A DNA stretch of 64,000 bases, taken from Lingula anatina. Lineage: Eukaryota; Animalia; Brachiopoda. Positions within the stretch are counted from its first letter, which is position 1. Every line of letters starts with the position of its first letter. A program made the position numbers and the translations under genes. The stretch spans positions 20,526,848-20,590,847 of the forward strand of contig CM120643.1 in assembly GCA_051362555.1 (NCBI GenBank), given 5' to 3'. The notes below the pieces were generated by a model. The model had not been told where the DNA came from, ran no database searches, and saw only the letters and a list, made by a program, of their open reading frames with translations. Shown one piece after another: positions 1 through 11,600 of this stretch.

Positions 1-90
1 CAACACAAATGTCCAGCAAAAGGTCAATTTTGTCACAAATGTCACAAAGCAAATCATTTTGCTAGAGTGTGTTTAAGTAAACAACATTAG
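1..90 (+). CDS. gag: C-terminus of Gypsy gag (CCHC zinc knuckle), 5'-truncated by the window edge
   Basis: Frame 1 reads QHKCPAKGQFCHKCHKANHFARVCLSKQH*, containing Cx2Cx4Hx4C; TAG at 88-90 is in the same frame as pol. Confidence 0.85.
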   Translation, partial: QHKCPAKGQFCHKCHKANHFARVCLSKQH

Positions 91-3000
91 GGGTACGTGC
101 ACAGCAATAAACAATCAGTCAATTCAAACAAAATTTTGGAACAACCTCAAATAGACATTTCAGCCTTGTTAAAAGGTAATCCATTGGAACACAACTTGGT
201 AGAAATTAGTGTAGGTAAACTTCAATTCAATGCTCTTGTAGACACAGGTGCTTCTGTATCATGCATTTCTAAAAATCTAGTATCTAAACTGTGTCCCGAT
301 GTCAGTTATCAACCTTCATTTCTGAAAACTGTAAGAGGTGTAGGCGGTGAAAATCACCCAATCTTTGGTTGCATCATGCTGTCTTTTTCCATTGATAATA
401 CCACCTTTCATCACAAATTTCATGTCCTTGAACGTCTACCAAGGAATGTCATCTTAGGTATTGATTTCCTACAGAATAATTCAGCATGTATGGACTTCAG
501 TTCTAAAACCCTCACTTTCAAGGACAGCATAACAATTCCTACTCACCAACAACAACATTTTGGAATGGCCAGACCTGTTTCAGATACTACCATACCTCCC
601 CAATCTGAAAGCTTAGTTCCCCTCAAAATATCAAGACACAAGAATGCAAAGTGTAAAACGTTCTTATTAGAACCAGCAGGGAATAAGTATTTCACTTCAA
701 GGTGTGTTGTCAGTATGAATAATGGCAAGGTTTTGTGCAGGGTATATAATCCAACAAATAAAACAATCAAAATATCCAAAAGGGAAGTGTTAGCAAAAGG
801 ATACCACATAGATGAAGACAGTGTTTCAGCTTTACAAGAGAAAACGGAAGTCCATAAAGAGATGGGTGCTCCAACTTGCAATGAAAAAGAAAAGAAACAG
901 TCAGATGAAATAGCTATTGTGGATACATGTATCATGCAAACAATCCAGAATGATGAAGGTCTTTCAAAACAGAGAGTTAAGTGGGGTGAAGACAAAGTGA
1001 AAATAGCAGAAAGCATAGGCATAGATTTACAAAATGCAGATTTAACTGAAGATCAAAAATACCAATTATCAGACCTCATAGGTAAATACTGCTCTGTTTT
1101 TGCCACGGACCTCGCGGAATTGGGTAAAGCAAATGTAGCCCCTCACAAAATAGAGACAGGAAACGCACCACCACAGAGACAAAGATTCTATAGACAAACA
1201 CCAGAAAAGAGACAAGAGACCCTCAAACAAACACAACAGTTGCTGGACAATGACATCATAGAACCTTCTACCTCTCAGTGGGCTGCACCAGTGGTTTTAG
1301 TGCAAAAGAAAGATGGAACGTATAGATTTGCAGTGGACTACAGAAGACTAAACAGTGTGACAGAACCAATAAACTGGCCACTGCCACGGTTAGAAGACAT
1401 CCACGAGACCGTAGGAGAAGCAAAAGCTAAGTTCTATTCTTCACTTGATATGGCCTCTGGATACTGGCAGATACCCTTGGACCCACTGACCAAAGAGAAA
1501 ACATCCTTCGTCACTCACAATGGCCAATACCAATTCAAACGCTTACCTTTCGGCCTTCGGAATTCGGGTACAACCTATCAACAGATCATGTCACAAATAT
1601 TGCAGGATTTAAATTGGAAAATTGCACTTGCCAACATTGATGATATTTTAGTTTTCAGCCAGACATTTGACCAACATTTGCACCATTTAGAACTTGTCTT
1701 CCAAAAGCTTCAAGCAACAAATCTAACTCTTAAACCTGCAAAATGCAAATTTGCCTCCAAGAAAATACACTTTTTAGGCCATGTTTTATCAAAAGAAGGA
1801 ATACAAGTGGACCAACAAAAAATCGAGGCAGTTAAGTCTTTTTCAACCCCCAAAACAGTCTCACAGGTACGCAGTTTCTTAGGACTCACCAACTATTACC
1901 GAAAATTTGTCAAAGACTATGCTAAAATTGCAACACCTCTGCACGTTTTAACCCGAAAAGACCAAAAGTTTGAATGGACAAGTGAGTGTGAGAAGGCATT
2001 CCAACACCTGAAGAGAGCTTTAACAACTACTCCAATTTTGGCATTTCCGGATGTTTCGAAAACTTTTAAACTGACAACCGATGCCTCAGGCACAGCAATT
2101 GGGTATATGCTTAGCCAGAAAGATGAACATAATAAGGAGCATGCCATTGCATATGGAGGAAGAGCCTTGAGTAGACTGGAGCAGCAGCGCTTCCTTTCCC
2201 CTTCGGAATTAGAATGCCTTGCTCTAGTTGAAGGTATAAAGGCATATGAACATTTTCTTGCAAACAAGAAATTTGAAGTTTACACAGATCACCAACCATT
2301 AAAGTGGTTAAATAGTAAAAAGTCATCCAACCAAAGGCTCCAGAGATGGTCTATCTATCTTCAAGATTTTGACTTTGAAGTTGTTTATACAAAGGGCGCT
2401 ACAAATCCTGCCGACTGTCTTTCAAGGCAAACTTATCCAGAAAACCCAGAAGAACAAGACATTGAGGACAAATTCCACAAGGCAGACATTGTTACCGTAG
2501 AAACAAGCAAAATGCTTAAAGATTTACATGAAATAACATTTATATATCAGACAGAAGCCCCTTATGTTATAGCTCAAATAGATGGCGCCCTTAAAAAGGC
2601 ACAGTATCAGTGCTCAGATATTAGAGAAATAATAGAAAATATCAAATCAAACAAGTTCCCTCATTCAGCCCAACAAGAATTCCACAAAAACAAATTCATG
2701 CTAGATGAAGGAGGTGTGCTTCATTACCTGTACCAACCCAGAAATGAAAGAAAGAACAATGAAGGAAGAACAAAACAACTACTTGTAGTGCCTCCAGGTT
2801 ATCGAAAAGAACTTCTACAAGCATACCATGATACACCAGCAGGCGGAGCTCATCAAGGTTTTGACAGGACTCTTGATTCAATCAGATTGCATTACTACTG
2901 GCCAGGAATGTACAAAGACATCCAAAATTACATTCAGTCATGTGACACCTGTCAAAGGTCAAAAAGACATTACCATGCTCGCCCAGCACCTATGCAGCCT

Positions 3001-4167
3001 CTACCTGTCTCAGATGTCATGGAGAGATGGCACATAGACATACTTAGACCTTTGACGAAAACAAAAGAAGGTTACCAGTATATCTTGCTAGTAGTTGAAT
3101 CATTTTCAAAATACCCAGAAGCATTTCCTTTGTATACTCAAAATGCCAAAGAAGTTGCAGAAGTTCTGTATAACCATATCTTCACTCGATATGGTGCACC
3201 ACGCTCCCTTGTTTCAGATAGAGGTCAAAATTTTAGATCAAAACTGGTACAAGCTATTTCTGAACTGTTCCAAGTCAAGCAGGTTTTCACTAGTAGTTAC
3301 CATCCTCAAACAAATGCTGTCTGCGAAAGAACAAATGGTTTCATTGGACAAACTCTTAGGGCATATGCAGACAAGAAACAAACCAACTGGCCAAAAGTCC
3401 TCCCGTCCATCCTTATGGCGTATCGCAAAACACCTGGAACAGCCACAGGCTTCTTTCCATATTTCTTGCTGTATGGACGTGAAATGAGGACACCATTTGA
3501 TTTGAAAATGGCACCTAGAGATAAACTGCCAAGTTCCATTAAAGAATATGTGGCAGAACATTTAGAAACACTAGAATGGGGCAGAGAAGTAGCAGAGAAG
3601 AACAAACTACAAGCTAGTGAAGCCAACAGAAGACGACATGATAAAAGAGCTGAAGAACCAAAATTTGGAGTAGGAGACTTAGTGCTGTTACACAACACGG
3701 CAGTTCCAGTAGGACTGAAAAAGAAGCTGCACAAAGAATATACAGGACCTTACAGGATTCTCAGGAAAACAGGACCCACAAACTTCCTTCTTCGAAGATG
3801 TGATAACAACAAACAAAAAGGTCCTGTGCATGCTAACAGACTAAAACCATACCATGAACCTGAGGAAAGACAAACAATAAGAAACCAGGAAAACCAACCA
3901 AATGTTACAAATCAACCACAAGAACAGAACAGAAATGTGAAACAAATAGAAAAAATTCTTGAGTGCAGTCACTACAAAACGGGCCATGTCTATAGGGTAA
4001 AATTTAAGGATATAAGTAGGACAGAATGGGTACATGAAGAAATGGTACCAGGACAAATGAAAAGAGAGTTTCACAATACCAAAACTTTCAAGAGCAAAGT
4101 AAGAAAACGACCAGCAGTTGTCAGGTTAAAAAAAGTAGAAGCTACATCTGTACCCACAAGTAAATAG
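91..4167 (+). CDS. pol: Ty3/Gypsy pol polyprotein: aspartic protease, reverse transcriptase, RNase H, integrase, chromodomain-like C-terminus
   Basis: Protease LVDTGA and ILGIDFL; RT VDYRRLN, LDMASGYWQI, LPFGL and NIDD; RNase H TDAS and ADCLSR; integrase HHCC zinc finger, D-D-E triad (HID/LVSD/VCE) and GPY; PR-RT-RH-IN order is Gypsy-type. Confidence 0.97.
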   Translation, partial: GYVHSNKQSVNSNKILEQPQIDISALLKGNPLEHNLVEISVGKLQFNALVDTGASVSCISKNLVSKLCPDVSYQPSFLKTVRGVGGENHPIFGCIMLSFSIDNTTFHHKFHVLERLPRNVILGIDFLQNNSACMDFSSKTLTFKDSITIPTHQQQHFGMARPVSDTTIPPQSESLVPLKISRHKNAKCKTFLLEPAGNKYFTSRCVVSMNNGKVLCRVYNPTNKTIKISKREVLAKGYHIDEDSVSALQEKTEVHKEMGAPTCNEKEKKQSDEIAIVDTCIMQTIQNDEGLSKQRVKWGEDKVKIAESIGIDLQNADLTEDQKYQLSDLIGKYCSVFATDLAELGKANVAPHKIETGNAPPQRQRFYRQTPEKRQETLKQTQQLLDNDIIEPSTSQWAAPVVLVQKKDGTYRFAVDYRRLNSVTEPINWPLPRLEDIHETVGEAKAKFYSSLDMASGYWQIPLDPLTKEKTSFVTHNGQYQFKRLPFGLRNSGTTYQQIMSQILQDLNWKIALANIDDILVFSQTFDQHLHHLELVFQKLQATNLTLKPAKCKFASKKIHFLGHVLSKEGIQVDQQKIEAVKSFSTPKTVSQVRSFLGLTNYYRKFVKDYAKIATPLHVLTRKDQKFEWTSECEKAFQHLKRALTTTPILAFPDVSKTFKLTTDASGTAIGYMLSQKDEHNKEHAIAYGGRALSRLEQQRFLSPSELECLALVEGIKAYEHFLANKKFEVYTDHQPLKWLNSKKSSNQRLQRWSIYLQDFDFEVVYTKGATNPADCLSRQTYPENPEEQDIEDKFHKADIVTVETSKMLKDLHEITFIYQTEAPYVIAQIDGALKKAQYQCSDIREIIENIKSNKFPHSAQQEFHKNKFMLDEGGVLHYLYQPRNERKNNEGRTKQLLVVPPGYRKELLQAYHDTPAGGAHQGFDRTLDSIRLHYYWPGMYKDIQNYIQSCDTCQRSKRHYHARPAPMQPLPVSDVMERWHIDILRPLTKTKEGYQYILLVVESFSKYPEAFPLYTQNAKEVAEVLYNHIFTRYGAPRSLVSDRGQNFRSKLVQAISELFQVKQVFTSSYHPQTNAVCERTNGFIGQTLRAYADKKQTNWPKVLPSILMAYRKTPGTATGFFPYFLLYGREMRTPFDLKMAPRDKLPSSIKEYVAEHLETLEWGREVAEKNKLQASEANRRRHDKRAEEPKFGVGDLVLLHNTAVPVGLKKKLHKEYTGPYRILRKTGPTNFLLRRCDNNKQKGPVHANRLKPYHEPEERQTIRNQENQPNVTNQPQEQNRNVKQIEKILECSHYKTGHVYRVKFKDISRTEWVHEEMVPGQMKREFHNTKTFKSKVRKRPAVVRLKKVEATSVPTSK

Positions 4168-4347
4168 GGCAGGTACAGAGAATTAGAAACACTAGATAGA
4201 ATCTAAAAGTTACAAAGTGCATGTTGTACAAACCCCAAGACTGTAACCTAACCACGCATTAACAAACTAAGGGACCATCTATACCCTCCTTTCTTTCATT
4301 TCTTTAGCCAAATACTCACAAAGGTGCAGGCACCAATGTCGATGTAG

Positions 4348-5046
4348 GCGGCAAAACTCTGTCATTTCACACAACTTTCTTCTGGTACCAAAGGATGTTT
4401 TTGCAAGGAAAGGACACAGTCAACCCAGACCCAAGAGCATGCAATTTTTAAGCTACTGCATATACTGATAGGCATCACCATATTCGCAACATTAATGCTA
4501 GTGAAAGCTGATACAGTACATCGGATAAATTATGGGGTTCTTATAGAAGAAAAATAGAATGTAAGGGTTGCTACAGATTATTGGTTACATAATCAGTTGC
4601 CATGTGTATTAGTTCAACCTCTTTACAATCTGTCACAATGTCAAAGGCATAGATGTAGATAAATGTTTAGAAGAATAAAAAAGGAAATTTGTAGAAACAA
4701 TAAGAACATTGCACAACAACTGGAATGAATCAAAAGGATCTTGCCAAATAAAAAGCATAAAAGATCAGTTCTTCCATTTATGATTAGAAAGTTTCAAAAA
4801 TAGTCTTGCCCACAGTTAATTCTTTTAGAATGGAACACATTCACATTACAGGTGAGAAAACCAATGAAATTGCCCATTGCCCTCAACTATCAGTGTCTTG
4901 CCTCATGTAGCCTGGTACCTCAAAAAGTTACAACACCCTTACGAGGCACACTTCTTTGTAGAACATCATGGTTTCATAACTCCAATGACAATCACTCCTC
5001 ACAACAATGGCTCAGAGTAAATATCTCCAAAATGGGAGACAAATAA
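4348..5046 (+). pseudogene. Degenerate env-like (class I fusion/F-protein-like) third ORF of the Gypsy element
   Basis: Frame 1 has a hydrophobic signal-like stretch LLHILIGITIFATLMLVKA, then RINYGV...DYWLH, several Cys, and KHKR/SVLPF (basic cleavage site plus fusion-peptide-like start); three internal stops. Confidence 0.65.
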
Positions 5047-5625
5047 GAATAAGTTAAAAAGTTTATCCAAAACATATCAAAATGCTTGAATTGATTGATA
5101 TTGTTGCTGTGCATTTACAATAAATTACAAGGGATAGCTGGACAAAGAGGTTCCCACTATACCATTTCAGTATTGGTACATGTATATATTTGTAGAGAAG
5201 TTTATTTAGACATATGGAACTGATACATACAAATGTTAAATGCAATGTATACCTTAGCTTGTAATGTGTAAATATAGATATGTGCTATATAACTGTTTTT
5301 CAATTCTTCATGAATGTAATATTACATGTTATTATGGTAATAGTAATGATACATATATTTTATTTCTTATATGCACCCTTAAATGCTTAAATAATATTGC
5401 ATAAAACTAAATTTATTCAATATCTTTCATTCAAAATGTGAAGTATTGTAATATACATACTAGTATTATCATTATTCCATACTGCTTTTAAATATAATGT
5501 CCTTACCGATGCTTATCATTCAATAGTCAATTTATGTACAAGATATTGGCCTTATAAGCAAACTCCCAATTAGTGACGGTGATTTCATGGTAAATATGAG
5601 GACATATTTAAAAGGGCCCCAGGGA

Positions 5626-6706
5626 TGTATCATAGAGGTGATTTCATGGCCAAATTTAATTTCAGAAAATCCCTATTTTAGTTCAAGTTATATGTAATTA
5701 AGGACGCCCTCTCATATTTCAGATTTCATATTTCTGCCCTAGCGATTTTGATTAAAATTGTAAGACAAATTCTTCTTACCATATGAGTAAAAAATATGAA
5801 AAAAAAATTGGGGGTCCCCACGCTCGTTTTCGAGAGGTGGCGTCCCGAAAAACGCTACGTTTATTACATTGCGTTATATGGGGATTTTGCCAAAATGCCC
5901 TTAATTTTGCTGAAAAATGCAAAAATAAAAAATTCTGCCCTAGCGATTTTAATTTTATGTGGATATGTTATAGATCTTGGTAGACCTCAAAGAAATTTAC
6001 AAAAAAATACGTACCACACCAGGCTTGTTTTTGAGCCAGGGCTGCTTGAGCATCGATTTTTTTTATCAAATTTACATAGGAATCAACGGGAATTTACTAG
6101 CAAATTAAGATAAATATATTTGTATCATTAGGTTTTTAACTCATACACTTATTATGTTTCCATGAAAATTATATTTAAATTTCTCTGCATCAGTTAACCA
6201 AATTTCATAAAATTTGCATATCCCATTCATAATAAATAGATAATCAAATGTTGAAAGTATCAGTTGGATTTCAGTATGCCTCATGGAATGCCGCCATATT
6301 GGATTTTTCATAGGCTAGGCAGATTGACCAAAAGTATATTATATCAATCTCATGTGACTTATTTTCTTATTCCTTTTTATCTTTATTTCTTTTGTTTCTT
6401 TATTTTTCTTACTCAGCACTAAAACATGCACTTTATGGTGAGATAACTGGATAAATTGTTTCCTTTGTACATTAACAATGTATCAATTTCTTACTATGGT
6501 AAGTTAGTCATATTTCTTCTCTATATATGGAAGATGGTGACAAAAATATTCATCTACAGACATCTTTGATTATCAGTTTATTTCTGTTTCATATTATGTT
6601 TACAACATGCAAACAAATACATATCAATAGCATATAAATATGCATATTAATTTTAAAATAAAAAAAATCATACAATTTTTTATTACTTTTATGCATTTTG
6701 TTACTC

Positions 6707-6741
<35 letters not shown>

Positions 6742-8256
6742 TGTTTGGATTGATTTGGCTGAGAAGAAAATAAAGACCATCTGGACTTTCTCTTTGAAGA
6801 GCAATTACTAATTCTGATATGTTAACCCTGACAGCTTTATTTTTTTTTCCTACACATGGAGAAATTATTTTTTTACAAACAAGGTTTTCTACAGAATTTG
6901 GTAAAGGTTTCACACAGGATTGAGTCAGTTGACTGGGATAAAATGAAAAAATCAGAAAAAAGGATTTTCTTCACTTTCATCATTGCAAAAATTAACTAAA
7001 TTTTGTAACTCAAGACTATCTTTTAATGCATTATGGGCTGAATAATTTCTGTGAAGTAATACATTTACAAACTAAAGTCTCTTGTTTATGATTGGGTAAA
7101 TTAGGATAAAGTTGGAATATAGTACACTTTATCTTCTAAAATATACTGTTTATTTTCCTAGCATCAAAAAAGTATTACATGTATCTGCATAAAAACCCTT
7201 GGTCCTCTGTTGTGTGTTTTATGGTTTTGTCCATTTGCACTTTAACTAAACCAATACAAGGATGACGTCGCAACACGCCAGGCGGGTGCACACCGGTTGC
7301 ATCTTTCCCGGAGAGCTGAAAATCGCACTGTTTGCAGGTCATATTGTTCAATAACATACTTAATTCAACAACAAAACGTGATTATTTTCCGTGAGATAAG
7401 ATCTTGTCACTGCTATACAAGCCTTACTAAAACGCTCTTTTCCATCCCTTCTTCGCGTAATTTCTTACATTGCGGCATTTGTAAACAAAGTCGCAAGTGG
7501 GTACTTTACGTCGTCAAAGACCAAGCGTTCACAGATACGCAACGCATTGTTGACATATTCGTAGCGCTTCGACCAAAATAACATCAAAGATTTCATACTG
7601 ATTTCTTAAAAGGGTGAATTACGTATTTTATTGCATGTTATATGTTTATCATTAGCCGCTATCGCAAAAAACTACTCATGCGCGAAATCTGCGCAGATCG
7701 CAAAAAAAGCTAATATGAGAGAACTACCTTAAATTATATGTCTTAAAATTATATTAAGTGAATATTTAAGTAAATTACATTAAACTTCTACACAAATCAA
7801 GTCAGATGTCAGTGTATAATAAATGTATTTAGATGTCCAAGTTAAAATTACATTAAAGTTCTGCAGGATGTTTTCAGGACTGAATAACTTCATTTATGGC
7901 TTCATCTTCTATTTAAAGTTTAAATCAGCCTTGGTCTAATTGTGTTAAAGGTCTCCTGCATTATGTCTTAATTCTGTTAACTGGCTTCAATATCTCTGAC
8001 TTGTTAAGGAATCACTGTAATGTAATTGGCCTTATGTATTAGTATATAAGGAGAAGAATTTGCAAAATACTGTCATTAGAGTCTTGTGTCTTCACATGAA
8101 GTAGCCAAGAAGTAGTGTAGAGTAGAACATATAGTCAGCAGATAGAAGTGGACCAGTGACACCAATAAATGGATTGTACAGAATAAAGGTAGAGATCACA
8201 CAGATTGTAGTGAGTCTCTAGAAACGTAACAACGGCTTGGTGTTACGAGCATCACA
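5626..8256 (+). mobile_element. Probable long (~2.6 kb) 3' LTR of the Gypsy element
   Basis: Starts TG after AAAAGGGCCCCAGGGA (imperfect PPT); TATATAA at ~8043, AATAAA at ~8164 and ~8182; ends ...ATCACA. The 5' LTR is outside the window, so boundaries are unconfirmed. Confidence 0.45.
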
Positions 8257-10554
8257 AAAAAGGCCACAGTTGAATGGGTTTCTGTGCACTGGGGTTTTCT
8301 TATATAAAAATAAATATCACATGTCCTGGGCTTTAGAGAAATATATATTGTTACAGGCTAGGTGTCAGCATGTTCTTTTTATGTAAGAGAAACCCAATGT
8401 TTCGAAATGGACAAATTTAACGGAAAAACACAGTAGGGTTATTTTGCACCCCATGTCAAGCTTCAGAATCATCGCTCAGATTTCATTATTTGATACAAAC
8501 AATACCAATACATCCAAATAATGATTAGGATGGTTCATTATACTGTATGCTTTAAGATATATTTTCTGAAAGTCATTTATTTTTGTTTCGGAATGGACAT
8601 TTCGTTTTAACAGAAATTCACTATAGCTAATAAGTCCCCGGTCACTTTAATAGCACACGCTGTCTACATCAGACGCGCTAATGCGCACGTCCCCGACAGT
8701 GTTAATGATAGGGGGATTACGATGGACAGCGCATGTTGCTCACAGCAGTAGGCACTGCCGCCGAAGTTAAACCAGTAATTAAGTCTTTAACTTGACTAAA
8801 CATGTTTTGCTTTGTAACTTGCGTCCTTCAGTCTTGCTGTTGCGGAAGCGCCGGCGGGACATATCTCCACCTTGCCGATATTTATCCCGACTCTCGACTT
8901 TAAAAGTATTATTGGTTTTGATTTTATCAAAGTCTTATTATATCAGAAAACCTGCATATTTTCATACGTTAAGAGAATTATAGAAACTGTAGAAAAAGCT
9001 ACTCGTACATCAGGGATAAAAAACAACACCTTGCAGAACTATTACCTATTATTCATCACCAGAAGTTACTGTTTCACTTTTCTCTCCCAAATTACAAAGT
9101 CTGATGACAACTGAAAGCCTTTAGCCATACCTCAGGGCAGTGGGAGATAGTCTGGATTTGATTAAATGTAATAAAAGTATATTTTGAAGAATTTTCCTAG
9201 CCTTCGGCAATTTCCGCAAAGCTTCGGCATGCGCGGCAATACAGAGCTGTCGATATCTGTAAGCGTGAACAATAGAAGTGGTGGAACAATGGTTAACGTC
9301 GTTGAGTCGTCTACAACCTACCCGACGGAAGTTCGTGTCCCTTTGGTACTTTTGAAGATTTTGAAATTGTCATTATTATAAATATCTATTAATATATAAA
9401 ACAATATATAAAACATTCGTGGCTAATTGTTTTTGCAACGGAAAGCACAGTAGGAAGGTTTGTTGTTATTGTTAAAGTTATTATTACTGGGGACATAAAT
9501 TAGTATGCTAATCTCTTATCATGGTATAATGATTGATACGATGGGTATCAAATAGTTTTCCTTTGATATAAACAACAAAAGAGCGGCCTTCCAAATATCT
9601 TTGCTGAATGTTTATAACGTAGGTACTATTATGCGCAAAAATATTGATACATGACGCAAACGACATTTACTAATTTTGGTAATATCAATTTTGATTAAAA
9701 TTAAATTTAATTGAAATTAAAATTAAAATTTGTCTAAACGTGCATATTACCATTCACCTTGTTTAAAGGGTTCGCAACACTTAACATTCTAATACATTTT
9801 GCCAATTATCATGTTTGCTAGTTTATTTTGATTTGAGAGAAAGCGAGAGAAGACCCTCTACTAGGGCCGCAAATTAATTATGAGTATTTTTCTTCAGTGC
9901 AAGAGACTGTGTAATGAAATACCAATCTGTAACTCTGGTATAGGGTGGCCTTGTGTGTGTAATAATATACAAGTAGGGGCAGGGGTACAGTTTTATAGTA
10001 CAAATAGTCATTTTATACATCTTATTGATCTCATCGTCGGGTCATTGTTTACAATAGCGCTTTGTCGCTGTGCGTACCTTTTTGCATTTGAGTTAGACTC
10101 AGTCAGTAACAGCTGGTGATTTTGTCTTTTTTGCGTTTCATTGACAATATTTTGGCCACCTAAGTAGGGAAATGTGGCTCTTTGTTTTGAAATGACATTT
10201 CCATTGTTCCTCTGAACATGCAAAAGTCAACACACTTACGTCAACATACTTACTTTGTAATACCAACCCAGGGGAAGAAACAAAAGCCTCATAAGGTGTC
10301 GTCATTCACACTGTAAAAGGTGTTAATTTCATGCTTCTATTGTTTGCCCATGAATCATTATGACAAATTTGTAGGGTTGCCAGATCACTGGCGCTTCATT
10401 CAATTCTCTATATCTGCCCTGCAGCCTGGGATGAGTGATACTTGACTGACCTTTGTTTACATCTGGAGATTTTCTTTATAATTCGATCAGTGTGCATAAA
10501 TTATGATATTTTCCATCAGGAAAAATATGTGATAATGTTACAATTCTTATTTTA

Positions 10555-11600
10555 CGGATACATAATTACAAAAATTAATTCCTGATTTAATACCCCCTAT
10601 TTCAGCGCCTATTCCTGGCTGCGTTAATTATGGGGGGGTTGGAAAGTAATCCGTTAGAACGCAGGAGTGATGATTGCTACTCTTACCAACGGTGCATCAC
10701 CGATCAACTAATCTCAGCCACCTGAAGCAGAATCACCAACAAAAGACAAATTGGACTACATCTGCCTTCTTGTTGAGACATCTTATGTAAAAAAGGCGAT
10801 AACGGTCAAAACATACGTGCTTCGTGGTTTATTAAATGTTCATCGTATTTTTTCGTTCATTATTCTTATGAGTTAAGCAGCTTCACCTCCGTGACACCCT
10901 TTTTATTTATTTAAACCATTGTTAGATAAACCATGGGTTTCACTCCAGATTTCACGATCGAGCAGCTGATCATGAGGAGAGTGTAGCATGCTATAGTAAA
11001 CTACCCCAAATATATATACAACACCTCCAGGGTTTCACGATCGAGCAAGTGATCATGAGGAGAGAGTGTAGCAGAGAACTTCATTAATGGTCGTCATAAT
11101 TGGTGGTTGCCTTGGGAAAATGAGTTACATGATTACATAATACAGATACATAATAACATAAGAGTAATACTAAAATTTTCCCTGATACAAAAACCCCTAT
11201 TTGAGCGCTTATTCCTGACTGCGTTAATTACGGGTGATTAGAAAGTAATCTATGAGGACGCAGGAGCGATGATCGCTACTCTTACCAACGGTAAATCACC
11301 GATTTACTTGACTCCGCTACTTCGAGCAAAATCACACACCACCAAAAGACAAATTAGACCACGTTCGTCCTCTTATTAAAACAAAGAATGTAAAAATGTG
11401 ATGTCGGCCATGACTACGTGCTTCATGGTTTATTAGATAGGCCTATTCATTGGATTTTTTTATTTCATTATTATAGCTTCACCTCGCGAGACCCTTTTTT
11501 ATATATTTAAAACACAGCACCCCACTGGTTTCGCGATCATGAAGAAAGGGAGTGAAGCAAAGAACCTCATTAATGGTCGTAATAATAGGTGGTTGCATTG
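10555..11600. repeat. Diverged tandem duplication (two copies of a ~450-560 bp unit)
   Basis: CCCCTATTT(C/G)AGCGC...GCTACTCTTACCAACGGT...AAAAGACAAATT...CATTAATGGTCGT recurs at ~10594 and ~11194. Confidence 0.85.

Noticed and set aside
543-4074. Antisense and alternate-frame ORFs overlapping pol
   Set aside because: Shadow ORFs of the pol reading frame with no recognisable motifs.
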